Program-made: the position numbers and the translations under genes
Shown: positions 29,001 to 44,100 of the stretch, one piece after another
How positions within the stretch are numbered: the first letter of the stretch is position 1
Layout of the letters: every line of letters begins with the position of its first letter
The notes under the pieces: model-generated
Databases searched by the model: none
What the model was told of the DNA's origin: nothing
What the model saw: only the letters and a program-made list of their open reading frames with translations
Source of the DNA: the human T2T-CHM13v2.0 reference genome, Homo sapiens
Length of the DNA stretch: 64,000 nucleotides
Assembly: GCF_009914755.1 (NCBI RefSeq)
Contig: NC_060925.1
Reading direction: 5' to 3' (one strand)

Positions 29001-32000
29001 GGAATCATCGCATAGAATCGAATGGAATTATCATCGAATGGAATCGAATGGTATCAACACCAAACGGAAAAAAACGGAATTATCGAATGGAATCGAAGAG
29101 AATCTTCGAACGGACCCGAATGGAATCATCTAATGGAATGGAATGGAATAATCCATGGACTCGAATGCAATCATCATCGAATGGAATGGAATGGAATCAT
29201 CGAATGGACTCGAATGGAATAATCATTGAACGGAATCGAATGGAATCATCATCGGATGGAAACGAATGGAATCATCATCGAATGGAAATGAAAGGAGTCA
29301 TCATCTAATGGAATTGCATGGAATCATCATCAAATGGAATCGAATGGAATCAACATCAAATGGAATCAAATGGAATCATTGAACGGAATTGAATGGAATC
29401 GTCATCGAATGAATTGACTGCAATCATCGAATGGTCTCGAATGGAATCATCTTCAAATGGAATGGAATGGAATCATCGCATAGAATCGAATGGAATTATC
29501 ATCGAATGGAATCGAATGGAATCAACATCAAACGGAAAAAAACGGAATTATCGAATGGAATCGAAGAGAATCATCGAATGGACCCGAATGGAATCATCTA
29601 ATGGAATGGAATGGAATAATCCATGGACTCGAATGCAATCATCATCGAATGGAATCGAATGGAATCATCGAATGGACTCGAATGGAATAATCATTGAACG
29701 GAATCGAATGGAATCATCATCGGATGGAAATGAATGGAATCATCATCGAATGGAATCGAATAGAATTATGGAATGAAATCCAGTGTGATCATCATCGAAT
29801 GGACCCGAATGGAATCATCATCCAACGGAAGCTAATGGAATCAACATCGAATGAATCGAATGGAAACACCATCGAATTGAAACGAATGGAATTATCATGA
29901 AATTGAAATGGATGGACACATCATCGAATGGATTCGAATGGAATCATCGAATAAAATTGATTGAAATCATCATCAAATGGAATCGAATGGTATCATTGAA
30001 TGGAATCGAATGGAATCATCATCAGATGGAAATGAATGGAATCGTCATAGAATGGAATCGAATGGATTCATTGAATGGAATCAGATGGAATCATCGAATG
30101 GACTGGAATGAAATCATTGAATGGACTCGAAAGGGATCATTATTGAATGGAATTGAATGGAATCATCGAATGGTCTCGATTGGAATCATTATCAAATGGA
30201 ATCGAATGGAATCACCGAATAGAATCGAATGGAACAATCATTGAATGGACTCAAATGGAATTATCCTCAAATGGAATCGAATGGAATTATCGAATGCAAT
30301 CGAATGGAATTATCGAATGCAATCGAATAGAATCATCGAATGGACTCGAATGGAATCATCGAATGGAATGGAATGGAACAGTCAATGAACTCGAATGGAA
30401 TCATCATTGAATGGAATCGAATGGAATCATCGAGTGGAATCGAATGGAATTATGATCAAATGGAATCGAATGTAATCATCATCAAATGGAATCAAAAATA
30501 ACCATCATCAATTGGTATTGAATGGAATTGTCATCAAATGGAATTCAAAGGAATCATCATCAAATGGAACCGAATGGAATCCTCATTGAATGGAAATGAA
30601 AGGGGTCATCATCTAATGGAATCGCATGGAATCATCATCAAATGGAATCGAATGGAATCATCATCAAATGGAATCTAATGGAATCATTGAACAGAATTGA
30701 ATGGAATCGTCATCGAATGAATTGAATGCAATCATCGAATGGTCTCGAATGGAATCATCTTCTAATGGAAAGGAATGGAATCATCGCATAGAATCGAATG
30801 GAATTATCATCGAATGGAATCGAATGGTATCAACACCAAACGGAAAAAAACGGAATTATCGAATGGAATCGAAGAGAATCTTCGAACGGACCCGAATGGA
30901 ATCATCTAATGGAATGGAATGGAATAATCCATGGACTCGAATGCAATCATCATCGAATGGAATGGAATGGAATCATCGAATGGACTCGAATGGAATAATC
31001 ATTGAACGGAATCGAATGGAATCATCATCGGATGGAAACGAATGGAATCATCATCGAATGGAAATGAAAGGAGTCATCATCTAATGGAATTGTATGGAAT
31101 CATCATAAAATGGAATCGAATGGAATCAACATCAAATGGAATCAAATGGAAAAATTGAACAGAATTGAATGGAATCGTCATCGAATGAATTGACTGCAAT
31201 CATCGAATGGTCTCGAATGGAATCATCTTCAAATGGAATGGAATGGAATCATCGCATAGAATCGAATGGAATTATCATCGAATGGAATCGAATGGAATCA
31301 ACATCAAACGGAAAAAAACGGAATTATCGAATGGAATCGAAGAGAATCATCGAATGGACCCGAATGGAATCATCTAATGGAATGGAATGGAATAATCCAT
31401 GGACTCGAATGCAATCATCATCGAATGGAATCGAATGGAATCATCGAATGGACTCGAATGGAATAATCATTGAACGGAATCGAATGGAATCATCATCGGA
31501 TGGAAATGAATGGAATCATCATCGAATGGAATCGAATAGAATTATGGAATGAAATCCAGTGTGATCATCATCGAATGGACCCGAATGGAATCATCATCCA
31601 ACGGAAGCTAATGGAATCAACATCGAATGAATCGAATGGAAACACCATCGAATTGAAACGAATGGAATTATCATGAAATTGAAATGGATGGACTCATCAT
31701 CGAATGGATTCGAATGGAATCATCGAATAAAATTGATTGAAATCATCATCGAATGAAATCGAATGGTATCATTGAATGGAATCGAATGGAATCATCATCA
31801 GATGGAAATGAATGGAATCGTCATAGAATGGAATCGAATGGATTCATTGAATGGAATCAGATGGAATCATCGAATGGACTGGAATGGAATCATTGAATGG
31901 ACTCGAAAGGGATCATTATTGAATGGAATTGAATGGAATCATCGAATGGTCTCGATTGGAATCATTATCAAATGGAATCGAATGGAATCACCGAATAGAA

Positions 32001-35000
32001 TCGAATGGAACAATCATCGAATGGACTCAAATGGAATTATCCTCAAATGGAATCGAATGGAATTATCGAATGCAATCGAATGGAATTATCGAATGCAATC
32101 GAATAGAATCATCGAATGGACTCGAATGGAATCATCGAATGGAATGGAATGGAACAGTCAATGAACTCGAATGGAATCATCATTGAATGGAATCGAATGG
32201 AATCATCGAGTGGAATCGAATGGAATTATGATCAAATGGAATCGAATGTAATCATCATCAAATGGAATCAAAAATAACCATCATCTATTGGTATTGAATG
32301 GAATTGTCATCAAATGGAATTCAAAGGAATCATCATCAAATGGAACCGAATGGAATCCTCATTGAATGGAAATGAAAGGGGTCATCATCTAATGGAATCG
32401 CATGGAATCATCATCAAATGGAATCGAATGGAATCATCATCAAATGGAATCTAATGGAATCATTGAACAGAATTGAATGGAATCGTCATCGAATGAATTG
32501 AATGCAATCATCGAATGGTCTCGAATGGAATCATCTTCTAATGGAAAGGAATGGAATCATCGCATAGAATCGAATGGAATTATCATCGAATGGAATCGAA
32601 TGGTATCAACACCAAACGGAAAAAAACGGAATTATCGAATGAAATCGAAGAGAATCTTCGAACGGACCCGAATGGAATCATCTAATGGAATGGAATGGAA
32701 TAATCCATGGACTCGAATGCAATCATCATCGAATGGAATGGAATGGAATCATCGAATGGACTCGAATGGAATAATCATTGAACGGAATCGAATGGAATCA
32801 TCATCGGATGGAAACGAATGGAATCATCATCGAATGGAAATGAAAGGAGTCATCATCTAATGGAATTGCATGGAATCATCATAAAATGGAATCGAATGGA
32901 ATCAACATCAAATGGAATCAAATGGAATCATTGAACGGAATTGAATGGAATCGTCATCGAATGAATTGACTGCAATCATCGAATGGTCTCGAATGGAATC
33001 ATCTTCAAATGGAATGGAATGGAATCATCGCATAGAATCGAATGGAATTATCATCGAATGGAATCGAATGGAATCAACATCAAACGGAAAAAAACGGAAT
33101 TATCGAATGGAATCGAAGAGAATCATCGAATGGACCCGAATGGAATCATCTAATGGAATGGAATGGAATAATCCATGGACTCGAATGCAATCATCATCGA
33201 ATGGAATCGAATGGAATCATCGAATGGACTCGAATGGAATAATCATTGAACGGAATCGAATGGAATCATCATCGGATGGAAATGAATGGAATCATCATCG
33301 AATGGAATCGAATAGAATTATGGAATGAAATCCAGTGTGATCATCATCGAATGGACCCGAATGGAATCATCATCCAACGGAAGCTAATGGAATCAACATC
33401 GAATGAATCAAATGGAAACACCATCGAATTGAAACGAATGGAATTATCATGAAATTGAAATGGATGGACTCATCATCGAATGGATTCGAATGGAATCATC
33501 GAATAAAATTGATTGAAATCATCATCCAATGGAATCGAATGGTATCATTGAATGGAATCGAATGGAATCATCATCAGATGGAAATGAATGGAATCGTCAT
33601 AGAATGGAATCGAATGGATTCATTGAATGGAATCAGATGGAATCATCGAATGGACTGGAATGGAATCATTGAATGGACTCGAAAGGGATCATGATTGAAT
33701 GGAATTGAATGGAATCATCGAATGGTCTCGATTGGAATCATTATCAAATGGAATCGAATGGAATCACCGAATAGAATCGAATGGAACAATCATCGAATGG
33801 ACTCAAATGGAATTATCCTCAAATGGAATCGAATGGAATTATCGAATGCAATCGAATGGAATTATCGAATGCAATCGAATAGAATCATCGAATGGACTCG
33901 AATGGAATCATCGAATGGAATGGAATGGAACAGTCAATGAACTCGAATGGAATCATCATTGAATGGAATCGAATGGAATCATCGAGTGGAATCGAATGGA
34001 ATTTGATCAAATGGAATCGAATGTATTCATCATCAAATGGAATCAAAAATAACCATCATCAATTGGTATTGAATGGAATTGTCATCAAATGGAATTCAAA
34101 GGAATCATCATCAAATGGAACCGAATGGAATCCTCATTGAATGGAAATGAAAGGGGTCATCATCTAATGGAATCGCATGGAATCATCAACAAATGGAATC
34201 GAATGGAATCATCATCAAATGGAATCTAATGGAATCATTGAACAGAATTGAATGGAATCGTCATCGAATGAATTGAATGCAATCATCGAATGGTCTCGAA
34301 TGGAATCATCTTCTAATGGAAAGGAATGGAATCATCGCATAGAATCGAATGGAATTATCATCGAATGGAATCGAATGGTATCAACACCAAACGGAAAAAA
34401 ACGGAATTATCGAATGGAATCGAAGAGAATCTTCGAACGGACCCGAATGGAATCATCTAATGGAATGGAATGGAATAATCCATGGACTCGAATGCAATCA
34501 TCATCGAATGGAATCGAATGGAGTCATCGAATAGACTCGAATGGAATAATCATTGAACGGAATCGAATGGAATCATCATCGGATGGAAACGAATGGAATC
34601 ATCATCGAATGGAAATGAAAGGAGTCATCATCTAATGGAATTGCATGGAATCATCATAAAATGGAATCGAATGGAATAAACATCAAATGGAATCAAATGG
34701 AATCATTGAACGGAATTGAATGGAATCGTCATCGAATGAATTGACTGCAATCATCGAATGGTCTCGAATGGAATCATCTTCAAATGGAATGGAATGGAAT
34801 CATCGCATAGAATCGAATGGAATTATCATCGAATGGAATCGAATGGAATCAACATCAAACGGAAAAAAACAGAATTATCGTATGGAATCGAAGAGAATCA
34901 TCGAATGGACCCGAATGGAATCATCTAATGGAATGGAATGGAATAATCCATGGACTCGAATGCAATCATCATCGAATGGAATCGAATGGAATCATCGAAT

Positions 35001-36027
35001 GGACTCGAATGGAATAATCATTGAACGGAATCGAATGGAATCATCATCGGATGGAAATGAATGGAATCATCATCGAATGGAATCGAATAGAATTATGGAA
35101 TGAAATCCAGTGTGATCATCATCGAATGGACCCGAATGGAATCATCATCCAACGGAAGCTAATGGAATCAACATCGAATGAATCGAATGGAAACACCATC
35201 GAATTGAAACGAATGGAATTATCATGAAATTGAAATGGATGGACACATCATCGAATGGATTCGAATGGAATCATCGAATAAAATTGATTGAAATCATCAT
35301 CAAATGGAATCGAATGGTATCATTGAATGGAATCGAATGGAATCATCATCAGATGGAAATGAATGGAATCGTCATAGAATGGAATCGAATGGATTCATTG
35401 AATGGAATCAGATGGAATCATCGAATGGACTGGAATGAAATCATTGAATGGACTCGAAAGGGATCATTATTGAATGGAATTGAATGGAATCATCGAATGG
35501 TCTCGATTGGAATCATTATCAAATGGAATCGAATGGAATCACCGAATAGAATCGAATGGAACAATCATTGAATGGACTCAAATGGAATTATCCTCAAATG
35601 GAATCGAATGGAATTATCGAATGCAATCGAATGGAATTATCGAATGCAATCGAATAGAATCATCGAATGGACTCGAATGGAATCATCGAATGGAATGGAA
35701 TGGAACAGTCAATGAACTCGAATGGAATCATCATTGAAAGGAATCGAATGGAATCATCGAGTGGAATCGAATGGAATTATGATCAAATGGAATCGAATGT
35801 AATCATCATCAAATGGAATCAAAAATAACCATCATCAATTGGTATTGAATGGAATTGTCATCAAATGGAATTCAAAGGAATCATCATCAAATGGAACCGA
35901 ATGGAATCCTCATTGAATGGAAATGAAAGGGGTCATCATCTAATGGAATCGCATGGAATCATCATCAAATGGAATCGAATGGAATCATCATCAAATGGAA
36001 TCTAATGGAATCATTGAACAGAATTGA

Positions 36028-38123
36028 ATGGAATCGTCATCGAATGAATTGAATGCAATCATCGAATGGTCTCGAATGGAATCATCTTCTAATGGAAAGG
36101 AATGGAATCATCGCATAGAATCGAATGGAATTATCATCGAATGGAATCGAATGGTATCAACACCAAACGGAAAAAAACGGAATTATCGAATGGAATCGAA
36201 GAGAATCTTCGAACGGACCCGAATGGAATCATCTAATGGAATGGAATGGAATAATCCATGGACTCGAATGCAATCATCATCGAATGGAATGGAATGGAAT
36301 CATCGAATGGACTCGAATGGAATAATCATTGAACGGAATCGAATGGAATCATCATCGGATGGAAACGAATGGAATCATCATCGAATGGAAATGAAAGGAG
36401 TCATCATCTAATGGAATTGCATGGAATCATCATAAAATGGAATCGAATGGAATCAACATCAAATGGAATCAAATGGAATCATTGAACGGAATTGAATGGA
36501 ATCGTCATCGAATGAATTGACTGCAATCATCGAATGGTCTCGAATGGAATCATCTTCAAATGGAATGGAATGGAATCATCGCATAGAATCGAATGGAATT
36601 ATCATCGAATGGAATCGAATGGAATCAACATCAAACGGAAAAAAACGGAATTATCGAATGGAATCGAAGAGAATCATCGAATGGACCCGAATGGAATCAT
36701 CTAATGGAATGGAATGGAATAATCCATGGACTCGAATGCAATCATCATCGAATGGAATCGAATGGAATCATCGAATGGACTCGAATGGAATAATCATTGA
36801 ACGGAATCGAATGGAATCATCATCGGATGGAAATGAATGGAATCATCATCGAATGGAATCGAATAGAATTATGGAATGAAATCCAGTGTGATCATCATCG
36901 AATGGACCCGAATGGAATCATCATCCAACGGAAGCTAATGGAATCAACATCGAATGAATCGAATGGAAACACCATCGAATTGAAACGAATGGAATTATTA
37001 TGAAATTGAAATGGATGGACTCATCATCGAATGGATTCGAATGGAAACATCGAATAAAATTGATTGAAATCATCATCCAATGGAATCGAATGGTATCATT
37101 GAATGGAATCGAATGGAATCATCATCAGATGGAAATGAATGGAATCGTCATAGAATGGAATCGAATGGATTCATTGAATGGAATCAGATGGAATCATCGA
37201 ATGGACTGGAATGGAATCATTGAATGGACTCGAAAGGGATCATGATTGAATGGAATTGAATGGAATCATCGAATGGTCTCGATTGGAATCATTATCAAAT
37301 GGAATCGAATGGAATCACAGAATAGAATCGAATGGAACAATCATCGAATGGACTCAAATGGAATTATCCTCAAATGGATTCGAATGAAAACATCGAATAA
37401 AATTGATTGAAATCATCATCCAATGGAATCGAATGGTATCATTGAATGGAATCGAATGGAATCATCATCAGATGGAAATGAATGGAATCGTCATAGAATG
37501 GAATCGAATGGATTCATTGAATGGAATCAGATGGAATCATCGAATGGACTGGAATGGAATCATTGAATGGACTCGAAAGGGATCATGATTGAATGGAATT
37601 GAATGGAATCATCGAATGGTCTCGATTGGAATCATTATCAAATGGAATCGAATGGAATCACCGAATAGAATCGAATGGAACAATCATCGAATGGACTCAA
37701 ATGGAATTATCCTCAAATGGAATCGAATGGAATTATCGAATGCAATCGAATAGAATCATCGAAAGGACTCGAATGGAATCATCGAATGGAATGGAATGGA
37801 ACAGTCAATGAACTCGAATGGAATCATCATTGAATGGAATCGAATGGAATCATCGAGTGGAATCGAATGGAATTATGATCAAATGGAATCGAATGTAATC
37901 ATCATCAAATGGAATCAAAAATAACCATCATCAATTGGTATTGAATGGAATTGTCATCAAATGGAATTCAAAGGAATCATCATCAAATGGAACCGAATGG
38001 AATCCTCATTGAATGGAAATGAAAGGGGTCATCATCTAATGGAATCGCATGGAATCATCATCAAATGGAATCGAATGGAATCATCATCAAATGGAATCTA
38101 ATGGAATCATTGAACAGAATTGA
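36028..38123 (+). repeat. Variant unit of 2,096 bp (+343-bp tandem duplication, -23-bp contraction)
   Basis: Anchor spacing 36028 to 38124. AATAAAATTGATTG and CGAAAGGGATC each occur twice, 343 bp apart. Confidence 0.93.
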
Positions 38124-41100
38124 ATGGAATCGTCATCGAATGAATTGAATGCAATCATCGAATGGTCTCGAATGGAATCTTCTTCTAATGGAAAGGAATG
38201 GAATCATCGCATAGAATCGAATGGAATTATCATCGAATGGAATCGAATGGTATCAACACCAAACGGAAAAAAACGGAATTATCGAATGGAATCGAAGAGA
38301 ATCTTCGAACGGACCCGAATGGAATCATCTAATGGAATGGAATGGAATAATCCATTGACTCGAATGCAATCATCATCGAATGGAATGGAATGGAATCATC
38401 GAATGGACTCGAATGGAATAATCATTGAACGGAATCGAATGGAATCATCATCGGATGGAAACGAATGGAATCATCATCGAATGGAAATGAAAGGAGTCAT
38501 CATCTAATGGAATTGCATGGAATCATCATAAAATGGAATCGAATGGAATCAACATCAAATGGAATCAAATGGAATCATTGAACGGAATTGAATGGAATCG
38601 TCATCGAATGAATTGACTGCAATCATCGAATGGTCTCGAATGGAATCATCTTCAAATGGAATGGAATGGAATCATCGCATAGAATCGAATGGAATTATCA
38701 TCGAATGGAATCGAATGGAATCAACATCAAACGGAAAAAAACGGAATTATCGAATGGAATCGAAGAGAATCATCGAATGGACCCGAATGGAATAATCTAA
38801 TGGAATGGAATGGAATAATCCATGGACTCGAATGCAATCATCATCGAATGGAATCGAATGGAATCATCGAATGGACTCGAATGGAATAATCATTGAACGG
38901 AATCGAATGGAATCATCATCGGATGGAAATGAATGGAATCATCATCGAATGGAATCGAATAGAATTATGGAATGAAATCCAGTGTGATCATCATCGAATG
39001 GACCCGAATGGAATCATCATCCAACGGAAGCTAATGGAATCAACATCGAATGAATCGAATGGAAACACCATCGAATTGAAACGAATGGAATTATTATGAA
39101 ATTGAAATGGATGGACTCATCATCGAATGGATTCGAATGGAAACATCGAATAAAATTGATTGAAATCATCATCCAATGGAATCGAATGGTATCATTGAAT
39201 GGAATCGAATGGAATCATCATCAGATGGAAATGAATGGAATCGTCATAGAATGGAATCGAATGGATTCATTGAATGGAATCAGATGGAATCATCGAATGG
39301 ACTGGAATGGAATCATTGAATGGACTCGAAAGGGATCATGATTGAATGGAATTGAATGGAATCATCGAATGGTCTCGATTGGAATCATTATCAAATGGAA
39401 TCGAATGGAATCACCGAATAGAATCGAATGGAACAATCATCGAATGGACTCAAATGGAATTATCCTCAAATGGAATCGAATGGAATTATCGAATGCAATC
39501 GAATGGAATTATCGAATGCAATCGAATAGAATCATCGAAAGGACTCGAATGGAATCATCGAATGGAATGGAATGGAACAGTCAATGAACTCGAATGGAAT
39601 CATCATTGAATGGAATCGAATGGAATCATCGAGTGGAATCGAATGGAATTATGATCAAATGGAATCGAATGTAATCATCATGAAATGGAATCAAAAATAA
39701 CCATCATCAATTGGTATTGAATGGAATTGTCATCAAATGGAATTCAAAGGAATCATCATCAAATGGAACCGAATGGAATCCTCATTGAATGGAAATGAAA
39801 GGGGTCATCATCTAATGGAATCGCATGGAATCATCATCAAATGGAATCGAATGGAATCATCATCAAATGGAATCTAATGGAATCATTGAACAGAATTGAA
39901 TGGAATCGTCATCGAATGAATTGAATGCAATCATCGAATGGTCTCGAATGGAATCTTCTTCTAATGGAAAGGAATGGAATCATCGCATAGAATCGAATGG
40001 AATTATCATCGAATGGAATCGAATGGTATCAACACCAAACGGAAAAAAACGGAATTATCGAATGGAATCGAAGAGAATCTTCGAACGGACACGAATGGAA
40101 TCATCTAATGGAATGGAATGGAATAATCCATGGACTCGAATGCAATCATCATCGAATGGAATGGAATGGAATCATCGAATGGACTCGAATGGAATAATCA
40201 TTGAACGGAATCGAATGGAATCATCATCGGATGGAAACGAATGGAATCATCATCGAATGGAAATGAAAGGAGTCATCATCTAATGGAATTGCATGGAATC
40301 ATCATAAAATGGAATCGAATGGAATCAACATCAAATGGAATCAAATGGAATCATTGAACGGAATTGAATGGAATCGTCATCGAATGAATTGACTGCAATC
40401 ATCGAATGGTCTCGAATGGAATCATCTTCAAATGGAATGGAATGGAATCATCGCATAGAATCGAATGGAATTATCATCGAATGGAATCGAATGGAATCAA
40501 CATCAAACGGAAAAAAACAGAATTATCGTATGGAATCGAAGAGAATCATCGAATGGACCCGAATGGAATCATCTAATGGAATGGAATGGAATAATCCATG
40601 GACTCGAATGCAATCATCATCGAATGGAATCGAATGGAATCATCGAATGGACTCGAATGGAATAAACATTGAACGGAATCGAATGGAATCATCATCGGAT
40701 GGAAATGAATGGAATCATCATCGAATGGAATCGAATAGAATTATGGAATGAAATCCAGTGTGATCATCATCGAATGGACCCGAATGGAATCATCATCCAA
40801 CGGAAGCTAATGGAATCAACATCGAATGAATCGAATGGAAACACCATCGAATTGAAACGAATGGAATTATCATGAAATTGAAATGGATGGACTCATCATC
40901 GAATGGATTCGAATGGAATCATCGAATAAAATTGATTGAAATCATCATCCAATGGAATCGAATGGTATCATTGAATGGAATCGAATGGAATCATCATCAG
41001 ATGGAAATGAATGGAATCGTCATAGAATGGAATCGAATGGATTCATTGAATGGAATCAGATGGAATCATCGAATGGACTGGAATGGAATCATTGAATGGA

Positions 41101-44100
41101 CTCGAAAGGGATCATTATTGAATGGAATTGAATGGAATCATCGAATGGTCTCGATTGGAATCATTATCAAATGGAATCGAATGGAATCACCGAATAGAAT
41201 CGAATGGAACAATCATCGAATGGACTCAAATGGAATTATCCTCCAATGGAATCGAATGGAATTATCGAATGCAATCGAATGGAATTATCGAATGCAATCG
41301 AATAGAATCATCGAATGGACTCGAATGGAATCATCGAATGGAATGGAATGGAACAGTCAATGAACTCGAATGGAATCATCATTGAATGGAATCGAATGGA
41401 ATCATCGAGTGGAATCGAATGGAATTATGATCAAATGGAATCGAATGTAATCATCATCAAATGGAATCAAAAATAACCATCATCAATTGGTATTGAATGG
41501 AATTGTCATCAAATGGAATTCAAAGGAATCATCATCAAATGGAACCGAATGGAATCCTCATTGAATGGAAATGAAAGGGGTCATCATCTAATGGAATCGC
41601 ATGGAATCATCATCAAATGGAATCGAATGGAATCATCATCAAATGGAATCTAATGGAATCATTGAACAGAATTGAATGGAATCGTCATCGAATGAATTGA
41701 ATGCAATCATCGAATGGTCTCGAATGGAATCATCTTCTAATGGAAAGGAATGGAATCATCGCATAGAATCGAATGGAATTATCATCGAATGGAATCGAAT
41801 GGTATCAACACCAAACGGAAAAAAACGGAATTATCGAATGGAATCGAAGAGAATCTTCGAACGGACCCGAATGGAATCATCTAATGGAATGGAATGGAAT
41901 AATCCATGGACTCGAATGCAATCATCATCGAATGGAATCGAATGGAATCATCGAATGGACTCGAATGGAATAATCATTGAACGGAATCGAATGGAATCAT
42001 CATCGGATGGAAACGAATGGAATCATCATCGAATGGAAATGAAAGGAGTCATCATCTAATGGAATTGCATGGAATCATCATAAAATGGAATCGAATGGAA
42101 TCAACATCAAATGGAATCAAATGGAATCATTGAACGGAATTGAATGGAATCGTCATCGAATGAATTGACTGCAATCATCGAATGGTCTCGAATGGAATCA
42201 TCTTCAAATGGAATGGAATGGAATCATCGCATAGAATCGAATGGAATTATCATCGAATGGAATCGAATGGAATCAACATCAAACGGAAAAAAACAGAATT
42301 ATCATATGGAATCGAAGAGAATCATCGAAGGGACCCGAATGGAATCATCTAATGGAATGGAATGGAATAATCCATGGACTCGAATGCAATCATCATCGAA
42401 TGGAATCGAATGGAATCATCGAATGGACTCGAATGGAATAATCATTGAACGGAATCGAATGGAATCATCATCGGATGGAAATGAATGGAATCATCATCGA
42501 ATGGAATCGAATAGAATTATGGAATGAAATCCAGTGTGATCATCATCGAATGGACCCGAATGGAATCATCATCCAACGGAAGCTAATGGAATCAACATCG
42601 AATGAATCGAATGGAAACACCATCGAATTGAAACGAATGGAATTATCATGAAATTGAAATGGATGGACTCATCATCGAATGGATTCGAATGGAATCATCG
42701 AATAAAATTGATTGAAATCATCATCCAATGGAATCGAATGGTATCATTGAATGGAATCGAATGGAATCATCATCAGATGGAAATGAATGGAATCGTCATA
42801 GAATGGAATCGAATGGATTCATTGAATGGAATCAGATGGAATCATCGAATGGACTGGAATGGAATCATTGAATGGACTCGAAAGGGATCATTATTGAATG
42901 GAATTGAATGGAATCATCGAATGGTCTCGATTGGAATCATTATCAAATGGAATCGAATGGAATCACCGAACAGAATCGAATGGAACAATCATCGAATGGA
43001 CTCAAATGGAATTATCCTCCAATGGAATCGAATGGAATTATCGAATGCAATCGAATGGAATTATCGAATGCAATCGAATAGAATCATCGAATGGACTCGA
43101 ATGGAATCATCGAATGGAATGGAATGGAACAGTCAATGAACTCGAATGGAATCATCATTGAATGGAATCGAATGGAATCATCGAGTGGAATCGAATGGAA
43201 TTATGATCAAATGGAATCGAATGTAATCATCATCAAATGGAATCAAAAATAACCATCATCAATTGGTATTGAATGGAATTGTCATCAAATGGAATTCAAA
43301 GGAATCATCATCAAATGGAACCGAATGGAATCCTCATTGAATGGAAATGAAAGGGGTCATCATCTAATGGAATCGCATGGAATCATCATCAAATGGAATC
43401 GAATGGAATCATCATCAAATGGAATCTAATGGAATCATTGAACAGAATTGAATGGAATCGTCATCGAATGAATTGAATGCAATCATCGAATGGTCTCGAA
43501 TGGAATCATCTTCTAATGGAAAGGAATGGAATCATCGCATAGAATCGAATGGAATTATCATCGAATGGAATCGAATGGTATCAACACCAAACGGAAAAAA
43601 ACGGAATTATCGAATGGAATCGAAGAGAATCTTCGAACGGACCCGAATGGAATCATCTAATGGAATGGAATGGAATAATCCATGGACTCGAATGCAATCA
43701 TCATCGAATGGAATGGAATGGAATCATCGAATGGACTCGAATGGAATAATCATTGAACGGAATCGAATGGAATCATCATCGGATGGAAACGAATGGAATC
43801 ATCATCGAATGGAAATGAAAGGAGTCATCATCTAATGGAATTGCATGGAATCATCATAAAATGGAATCGAATGGAATCAACATCAAATGGAATCAAATGG
43901 AATCATTGAACGGAATTGAATGGAATCGTCATCGAATGAATTGACTGCAATCATCCAATGGTCTCGAATGGAATCATCTTCAAATGGAATGGAATGGAAT
44001 CATCGCATAGAATCGAATGGAATTATCATCGAATGGAATCGAATGGAATCAACATCAAACGGAAAAAAACGGAATTATCGAATGGAATCGAAGAGAATCA

